From NCBI RefSeq assembly GCF_009914755.1, contig NC_060932.1: a DNA stretch of 64,000 bases; one strand, 5' to 3'. Below are positions 55,135 to 64,000 of this stretch, piece by piece (positions within the stretch are counted from its first letter, which is position 1; each line of letters begins with the position of its first letter). The translations under genes were made by a program, and so were the position numbers. A model generated the notes under the pieces. It searched no databases, was not told the DNA's origin, and was given only the letters and a program-made list of their open reading frames with translations. This DNA comes from the human T2T-CHM13v2.0 reference genome, Homo sapiens.

Positions 55135-56659
55135 TTAAGAGAAATGGAGAATAGAAGTTAAAGTGCTGAAATTTCAATTAAAAAGAAGTACCAGAAAGAG
55201 AGAGAAACAAATAGAAAAGAGAAAATATTTGAATATTTGAATAGTGAGCTATATTTTCTAAAATTGTCTTTTAAATAAAGATCTCAGATAAAAAAAAATC
55301 CATAAAGGAAGAGATAAGGAAAAGCCCACATTCAGACATACTATTAAAAAGTTTAAGGATATATCCCTAATTATATATGTGGAAATTATAAAAATTTACA
55401 AAGGAAAAGAGCATATAGCATTCAAAAAACAAAAATCTAAAAACAAGAAACAGATTTTATAAAAAGCAACACTGAATCCAAGATGATAATAGAGTAATAA
55501 TTTCGAAGTATTCAGAAAAATAACCATAACATTTAGAATATTATATTTGGCCAGAGTCCTTTGAATATGATGGCATGACAAATAATATTCTAGGCAGGCA
55601 AAGGCTCAGATAAATGACTGTAGAAAGACCCACACTGAAAACAGTTCTGAACAAACTTCCTAAATAAAGGAGAGAAAATTCCAGATGTTGCAAAAGAGGA
55701 GTGAAGTAAGGTGATGAAATCTTTTGTAAGCAGAAAATACAGGACAGATTGAAATATCAAAATTTTATAAATAGGCCCAAATATGTAAATAATTAAAATG
55801 TATTTTAGACAATTATTAAACAAAAATTGGCAGGTTGAATTTTTTCAATACTGGCATCTGTTGTCTAAAACAGAAATTCTAAAGAAAAAAATGGTTGAAA
55901 AAGAATGGAAAAATGTATCAGGAAAAATCTAAAGAAAGATTATATAGATATTTTAATATGATTTAAACAAGATTACTAGAAAAAAGTTATTAGTGATGAG
56001 AGCTATTTCATAGTGATTAAAAGTTTTGATACACCAAAACCATTTAGCAATTCTTAAAACTTTATTGCTTTAATATTCTCAAAGTATACAAAGAAAAAGT
56101 GATAAAACTGCTAAAAAGTTTTTGATTAAATCACCATTATGGTAGGAAATTTCAACATACCTCTCTACTTGATAGGTGAAATAACGGAAGATTATCCAGA
56201 ATAAAGATAATATGTACAACACAAAGAACTTGACTTAATGGACATATGTAGTGTCTTCAACAACTTTATAATGTACATTTTCAAGCTTATATAAAATATT
56301 TATAAAATTATGAGTAATAGAGTAATAATTTCAAAGTATTCAGAAAAATAACCATAAAATTTTGAGTATTATATTTAGCCAAAGAGTCTTTTGAATATGA
56401 GGGCATGACACTCCCTAATTATATATGTGGAAATTATAAAAATTTACAAACGAAATTTGTAAATTTCCTAGGCACACATGAAAACCCTCAACAAATTTCA
56501 AACTGTATCATACAGACCTGGGTTTCTGATCGTAGCTTATTTATGTTAAATATAAACAAAAAAAATAAATTTCCCGAAATTTGAAAATTCAGAAATGCAT
56601 TGTGCTTAGTTAATAAGTTAAAGAAGAAATTGTAGTAAAAATTATGTCTTATGTAAGTT

Positions 56660-57892
56660 TTTATATTTTTATCTTTTAATTGTAAATTGACAAATTATAG
56701 TTGTGTGTATCTATGGGGTACAAAATGATGTTATTATTTATGAATACCATGTGCAATAATTAAATCAATCTAATTAACATGTACCTATCACCTGAAGTAG
56801 AGTCATGTACCACATAGTGATGTTTAGGTCAATAAAGGACCAAACATATGACGGTGGTCCCATAAGTTTATAATACTATATTTTTTCTGTACCTTTTGTA
56901 TGTTAAGATATGCTTAGATACGTAAATACTTACAACTGTGTTACAATTGCCTGCAGTAATTGGTACAGTAGCATGATGCACAGGTGTGTCGCCTGAGAAC
57001 TATGGGCTGTTATCATATAGCCTGGGTATGTAGTGGACTATGCCACCTAGATTTGTGTAAGTGCACTCTATGATGTTCACACGATATAATTGCCTAACCA
57101 TGCATTTCTCAGAATATATCCCCATCTTTGTGAATTTCTTACAATAACATTTTGTAGTCATTCACCTCCTTGGTTAAATTTATTTTTCTAAGTATTTTTT
57201 AAAGCTATTGTAAATGGAACTGTTCTCTTGATTTCTTTTTCAGACAGTTCATTGTTACTGTATAGAAATGCTACTTGTTTTATTGTTGATTTTGAATCCT
57301 GCAATTTTACTGTCTTTGTTTATTAGTTCTATCCGTTTTTTTGTGGGTTTTTTTGGTACAATCTTTAGGGTTTTCTATATATAAGACCATATCAACAAAC
57401 GGTGACACTTTCACATCTTTCTTTCCTATTTAGATGCATTTTACTTTTATCTCTTGACTAACTGCTCTGGCAAGGACTTCCAATACTTTGCTGAGTAGAA
57501 GTGGCAAGAAGGAGTGGGAATGTTTGTCTTGTTCCAGATCTTAGAAGAAAAGGTTTCAATTTTTCACCATTGAGTACAATGTTTGGTGTGAACCTGCCCC
57601 ACATGGTTTTTATTGTGTTAAGGTGCATTCCTTCTATACCTTATTTATTGAGAGTTTTTGTCATAAAAGGGTATTAGATGTTTTCAAATGCTTTTCTGCA
57701 TCTAATGAGATGATCATATGGTATTTGTCCTTCATTCTGTTAATGTGATGTATCACATTTACTGAATTGCCTATGTTGAACTATGCTTACATCCCAGGGA
57801 TAAATCTCCTTTGATCATGGTGAATGATCATTTCAATGTCTTGTTGAATTTGGTTTGCTAGTATTTTGTTGAGGATTTTTGCATCTGTTTCA
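56660..57892 (-). mobile_element. L1MA-type insertion (3' end 56660-56797; ORF2 part about 57150-57892)
   Basis: Antisense 3' end TTGACAAATTATAGTTGTG..TATGGGGTACAAAATGATG; antisense ORF2 TCAAATGCTTTTCTGCATCTAATGAGATGATCATATGG. Confidence 0.85.
56800..57128. mobile_element. Tigger3a/MER7A-type MITE with the right TIR truncated
   Basis: TA|GAGTCATGTACCACATA...GACGGTGGTCCCATAAG...GCATTTCTCAGAATATATCCCCATC, then an abrupt end. Confidence 0.85.
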
Positions 57893-58337
57893 TAATAAAA
57901 TGTTTAATGATTCAGAATTGAATGACAATGAAAATAATTGATAATGTATTAACAATTGATAACATATGATAATGATAATCAAAACCTTAGGGTACAGCCA
58001 AAATAGTAATTCAAGATGTAAACACCTGTGTTGGAAAATAATGAAACCTCAAATTAATGAGCTAATTGTTTGTTATTTCAATGAACAAAACAATAAGCCA
58101 AAAATAATAAATAAAATGGAAGAGATAATAAAAATACTAATGGAAGTTAACAAAATAGGAAACAAACGTATAATACAGGATGTCAGCAAAGCCAAAGTTG
58201 ATTTGTCAAAAACAAAAAACTTGAGAAGCCTCTGAAAACTAACAAGAAAATGAAAGAAACCACAAGTGAAAAATATTGCGACTAAAAAAGGGGAGAATCT
58301 GCAAAAAAGTACTTGAGATAAAGAGATTAAATGACAT

Positions 58338-58828
58338 GCCCATGTTCATAGCAGCACTACCCAAAACAGCTAAAACACAGAAGCAACCCAATGTCCATCA
58401 ACAGATGAATGCATAAACAAATTGTGGTATATACACATAATCAATTATTCAGCCTCAGAAAGGAAAGAAATTCTGACATATGCTACAACATTGAGGAACC
58501 TCAAGGACATTATGCTAAATGAAATAAGGCAGTCACGAAAAAACCAATATTATATGATTCCACTTATATGAGATACTTAGAGTAGTCAAAATCACAGAGA
58601 CAGAAAGTATAATGGTGGTTGCCAGTGGCTGAGGGAGAGGGGAATAGGGACTTATTGTTTAATGAGTACAGAGTTTCTGTTTTACAAGATGAAAAGAACT
58701 ATGGGAGATGGATGCTGGTAATGTTTGCACAGCATTATAAATGTATTTAATACTGCTAAGCTGTACACTTAAAATGATTAAGATGGTAAATTTTATGTTA
58801 TGTGTATTTTGCCACAATAAAAAAAATT
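58338..58828 (+). mobile_element. L1MA/MB 3' end insertion
   Basis: CATGTTCATAGCAGCAC...ATGATTCCACTTATATGAG...TTTTATGTTATGTGTATTTTGCCACAATAAAAAAA. Confidence 0.88.
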
Positions 58829-59917
58829 AGGAAAAAATGTAAGTGATAATAAAATAATACTACCAACAACTGCTTGCCAGTAATTTTGAAAACTTAGATG
58901 AAGTGAATAAACTCTTACAAAAAAAGTAATGAACTAGAACAACTCAAAAAGACATTAAAACATTAAACAGCCTTAGAACTATTAAAGAAATTAAAACTGT
59001 GTCTTAAAATCTTCCCACAAATAAAATATTTGACTATTAATATTTTTCTAAATTTTTAAGAAATAAACAATTTTGAGTTTTTCAAATACTTGCAAAAAAT
59101 AGGAAAGGGGGCATGTTCCCCAGCTTATTTATGAGTTCAGAATAGCCCAAATACTAAAACCACAGAAAGCAAAAATGTCATGCCATTCCATTTTTAATAT
59201 GAATGCAAATAGTTTTTAAAATATTTAAAAAGTCCAAGTAACCTAAAAACATATTTAAAAGAAAATACACTTTGACCAAACTGATGTTATCCCATGTATG
59301 CAATAATGATTTAATACTTTGAAAATTAAGAAATATAATTCACCACATTAAGATATTAATAGGAATACATATAAAATTTTTTAGTTAATACAGGAAAATA
59401 ATTCCATAAAACTCAACATCCACTCATAATAAATTATCATTAAATTCGTAGTAAACAAAAACTTTCTTATGAAGAATATCTGTTTTAAAATCTAGGTAAA
59501 ATATGATCCTATATCTGTAGATTGTAGAATAATTACAATTCCCACTTATACTCCAGCTTGCAGGGGAAATCTTAGACAGCAAAATAAATCAAGAAAGAAA
59601 TTAGACTCATAAGGATTTGTAGAGGATGTAGTTTTTTAAGTGGACAACCTGCAAGAATATATGGATAAATGACAAGAATGGGAGTATTTAGCAAAGTGTC
59701 TGGATATATAATAACATCAATTGATAATGCATCAAGAAACAACTGGAAAATATAAACACAGAACACCATTTATAATGGTATCAGAGAATAGCTAAGAATG
59801 TATTTAACAAAAGACATGCAAGATTCTACAAGGATAATTTTTAAATTGTATTAGATATTTTACTAGAAGCAAAGAAATGGAGAAACTGATAGATTTGAAC
59901 AGAAAATAAGCAAAATA

Positions 59918-60204
59918 GGCCGGGCCCAGTGGCTCACGCCTATATTCCCAGCACTTTGGGAGGCCGAGGTGGGTGGATCACCTGAGGTCAGGAGTTTGAG
60001 ACCAACCTGGCCAACATGGTGAAACCTCATCTCTACTAAAAATACAAAAATTAACCTGGCATGGTGGTGAGTGCCTGTAATCCCAGCTACTTGAGAGGCT
60101 GAGGTAGGAGAATCAACCTGAACCCAGGAGGCAGAGATTGCAGTGAGCTGAGATCGCACTACTGCACTCCAGCCTGGGTGACAGAGCGAGACTCCATCTT
60201 AAAA
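59918..60204 (+). mobile_element. AluSx-type
   Basis: Full dimer with a short tail. Confidence 0.96.
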
Positions 60205-61867
60205 TATATATATTCTTCAAAATATTATTTAAGGAAAGTGAAAAAAATTTACAAATTGGGAGAAGATATTTCTATTATTCAGCTCCAACAAACACTTTAC
60301 ATATAGAAAATAAGATTCTTTCAAATCAATAGAAAAAGTACAAATGATCAGTTAGAGAAACAGACAAATGTACAAATGGACATTTCACAGAAGAAATGCA
60401 TGGCTACAAATCATAAGATGTATTTAATAATAGAAATGAATACTAAGACCACTATGAGGTACCATTTTATAGTTAATTAACTGGCAAAATACATACAAGT
60501 TTAGAAAAATCAAGTATAAAAAAAGATGTGAATTCATAGGATCACATTGCAACTGAGACTGATGCAATAAATTGCATAAATGGTTGTCCATCAATGGTTT
60601 TTCAAAGTGCAAGTACTTTAAACAACAGTTTGGTGATATTTCCTAAATTTGGTCATTTATACAACCTATAACCCAGCAATTCCACTCCTAACTAAATACT
60701 CAAAAGAAATTTATGAGCATATACAATAGGAAATAGATACAAAAACATTCATATTGTCACTGTTCATCTTAGCAAAAAAAGTTGAAACTACCCAAATGCT
60801 CATCAATGGGAGAATGAATGAACCAAGTATAAAAGGGTGAAATGATCGCATATTATAAACAGAGGAAGTGAATAAGCTATAATTTGTGAAAATAGAGATA
60901 AATCTTAGCAATTTAATGTTAAATGGGAAAGTTACCCCCCAAAGATTACATAAATCTCCATATCATTTTTATGGTCTAAAATAACTAAAATCAAAATAGA
61001 CTTTTTAGGACGACAAAGAGGTGAAATAAAACCATTTTTTAAATAAAGCAAAAACATGATGCATACAAAATTCAGCATAAGACTTGCCTCAGATGGAAGA
61101 AACTAGAAAAAGTGAAGGGGCGGAGGTACCCTTATGGTTAGATTAGGTTTATTATCAATGGCTGAGCTTTTATTTGCATTGATGGTTTTGCGAGTGCTCA
61201 TTATATTATTAAAAATAATGAAATAAATCCCCATGATGAAACTGAGTGATGTACTAAGGATAGGACTGATCCAATTCTGTGGACCTAAGGTCCACAGAGA
61301 GTTTAAAAATAGGAAAAACATTAAAATGCAATTCGGTGGAGATATTATCAGATGCGAAGTCACTTAGGAGTAAGGAAAAAGTTGCAAAAGAAAAAGAACA
61401 ATGGAATGAAATAAATAAGCAGGAAGTAAAGAAATAAATAATAGATGGGAAGGGACTTTCACCACCATCTTCTGAGTCACACGTCCAGATGTTTGCTGAT
61501 CCACAATACCACTGAGCCATTCTCGCCTTTGGTGATAAAGGCAGTTACTGTGAAAACACGCTGTTCTATTATAAAGAGATATTGCTAAGTTGAACTCTTC
61601 TTTCTGGGGCAGCTTCTACTAGAAGGCAGTTGCTAAATGTTTCTAGAGGGAACCAGCTGTGGGAAAACTATTAATTAGCCTCAGTCATTATATGCAGATT
61701 AAATTGGTTAACTCAATATAGAAAGCAGATAGGAGGAGTTGGGGTGATGTTCTTTTGATATGGTAAGAAAAGCATACAAGGTTTTATTATTCCCAGTGGA
61801 GCAGAAAGAGGATTTTCACTCAGAAAAAGCTGAACGTAGCTCCAAACTAAACAAATAAGACAGGATA

Positions 61868-62149
61868 GGCTGGGCACAGTGGCTCACACCTGTAATCCCA
61901 GAACTTTGAAAGGCCGAGATGGGTGGATTACCTGAGGTCAGAAGTTCGAGACCAGCCTGAACAACATGGAGAAACCCTATATCTACTAAAAAATACAAAA
62001 TTAGCCAGGTGTGGTGGCACATGCCTGTAAACCCACCTACTCAAGAGGCTGAGGCAGGAGAATCTCTTGAACACGGGAGGTGGAAGTTTCAGTGAGCCGA
62101 GATCATGCCATTGCACTCCAGCCTGGGTGACTGAGCGAGACTCCGTCTC

Positions 62150-62180
<31 letters not shown>

Positions 62181-62194
62181 AAATAGAAATAAAA
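61868..62194 (+). mobile_element. AluSp/Sq-like
   Basis: Full dimer (AACATGGAGAAACCC, GCCATTGCACTCC), long A-tail, TSD ACAGGATA. Confidence 0.96.
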
Positions 62195-62964
62195 CAGGAT
62201 ATTCTCCGATTTGGGGAAGGAACACACTATCCCTGAAGGAGGAGGTAATCTGTCAGCTGAGATATGCTTTGAGTCTTTAGAATCCCCAAACTCACAAAGC
62301 TGAGGTCCAGAAATGGGTAGAACATAAACAACTAAAATAAAGTTTTGTGTGAGTTCCAAAACATAAGTTGATACTTAGAATAATTACAGTAAAGATTACT
62401 CAGAAATTACACATAAATGTATCACGTAATTTTTTCATTAAAAAAATCTAAACTATCTTAAATCTTCCCATCACTAAAACTAAAAAGAGTGATCTTGAAC
62501 TCCTAGGTGTCCAAGGGTCTGGCAGTGCCCACTGCAAGCACGTTTTTTATTTGAAGTGCCATTTTTAACCTTAAAATTTCAGACCAATTTTGGATTCCTC
62601 TATATATATATTCAGGTTTTTTTTTCAATAGTAAAACATTTAAAATATCTTACTAATAAGCAAAAACTAATAGTTTGGGTATACCACGCTAAGTCTATGG
62701 TCTTACATCCACTTGTTTATTAACACATATTCTATCTTGAGAAGAATCACTATAATTAACTTTTTCTGATTTAACTTTTGCCTGAATGTGATCTTTTTAT
62801 TTAGTAAAAATATGTTATTTCAGATGTGTACTTGGAAATTTAGAAACATAATTCTAGAAGGTTGAAAAGAAATGGAAAAAGTGCCCAAATTCAGAAATGG
62901 GCCCTTGTTTGCTTTTGGTACCCACTCATTTTCACACCTGTAAAATGTGGATATGAATACCTCC

Positions 62965-63396
62965 CTTTGATAGAGACTTGGCTAGCTGTTCACCAAACCC
63001 CTTCCACTCTTATTGGGAGTAGACTACATTTCCCAGCTTCCCCTGCAGTTGGGCGTCGCCACGTTCCTGAGTTTTGACCAAAGCAATAGGAAGAAGAAGA
63101 AAGGATAACTTAAGCAGGATGGGAAATAAAACAAAAATTTTAAGAAACGCCAAAGTTATTCCTCTTTCTCTCTCTTCCCTTTTTGACAACCTTTTTTTCC
63201 ACACCTAGGGCCACCTTGGAAGCCATGTGTTAACACTGAGTGATCCTCCTCAGCCAAGTCCCTAATGCATGGAAAAGAACCTCCTGACCCAGTCCCCAAA
63301 GGCTGGACTTTTCCTTTGCAAGAAATAAGGAGGTATTGTATTAAGCCACAGTGTTGTTCTATTACAGAAGATTAAGCAGTGCTTAAATTAACATAT
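62965..63396 (+). mobile_element. MLT1I/J-type LTR
   Basis: AGACTACATTTCCCAGCTTCCCCTGCAGTTGGG...GGCCACCTTGGAAGCCATGTGTT...ATTGTATTAAGCCAC. Confidence 0.75.
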
Positions 63397-63764
63397 ACCT
63401 CCCCCAAAAAAAACATGGTCAGGAGTCAGGTAACTCTTATAAAGTAATTAGCACCTAGTGTCACGGAATGTGGATTTCTGTCAATGTGAGGCCATGGGAC
63501 CCTGGAACAATGCTGCCACTTCCTATGAATCTATTTCTTAAATTGCAGGGTAAAGTTCACCATAAATAACAAAGTCATGGAGTCAAGCTGTCACAATTGG
63601 CCACCGTTCCTAAGGCATTTGAATTGTATGCATTGACAGGAAAAAGCAGGAAGGAGTGAAGACAGAACAAGGGGAGAATGTAACCTGAGTTGGAAGGTGT
63701 AATATTTAAATGTATTTGCAAACCTGTTTTGGGCCAAAAGGGGTAGGAGGAAGAGAAGACGCAT

Positions 63765-63985
63765 TTGCTGAGATCTATTATATGCCAATTGGAGGACTAC
63801 AGATTTCACAATTCACATCTGTTGTCTTATTTCTTTCTCATAATCCCAAAGATAATTCTAAAGTTACACATTATCATCTCCATTTACAATTAAGAACTGA
63901 TGCTCCAAGAAGAAAGATCTCACAGTGTGTAGGCAACAGACCTAAGATTCAAACCTATATTGGTGGGTGTTAATGTCCTTGTTCT
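63765..63985 (-). mobile_element. MIR
   Basis: CATTATCATCTCCATTTACAATTAAGAACTGA...AAGATTCAAACC. Confidence 0.6.
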
Positions 63986-64000
63986 TTCTGATGTAAGCAT

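Overview
Primate (human-like) nuclear DNA with no recognisable protein-coding exon, RNA gene, CpG island or CRISPR array. It reads as repeat-dense intergenic or intronic sequence. I count 16 dimeric Alus plus one monomer; none shows AluY diagnostics. It also has several multi-kb decayed L1M-type elements, L2/MIR/CR1 fragments, MaLR LTRs (MLT1, MST, THE1), a MER57-like solo LTR, and DNA transposons (Tigger2, Tigger3, MER5, MER6, MADE1, Charlie-like). The largest coherent structure is a fossil ERV-L provirus at about 36.6-43.7 kb. It has an LTR16-type 5' LTR, a PBS, and gag/pro/RT/IN/dUTPase remnants, with five younger elements nested inside it. The most unusual signals read directly from the sequence are repair-type scars: a permuted two-segment templated insertion with a fold-back at about 56.3 kb, a fold-back inversion at about 1.8 kb, a palindrome cluster at about 3.75 kb, and an old local duplication (1.7 kb vs 2.9 kb). 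Also notable are an Alu whose A-tail is replaced by a G-rich tract, several + strand candidate non-coding exons, and a motif-dense unique island at about 19.5 kb. All ORFs in the supplied track that I could assign come from repeats or low-complexity DNA. I see no evidence for a genuinely new biological system. Repeat family calls are from memory of consensus sequences, so subfamily names and the boundaries of old elements are approximate.
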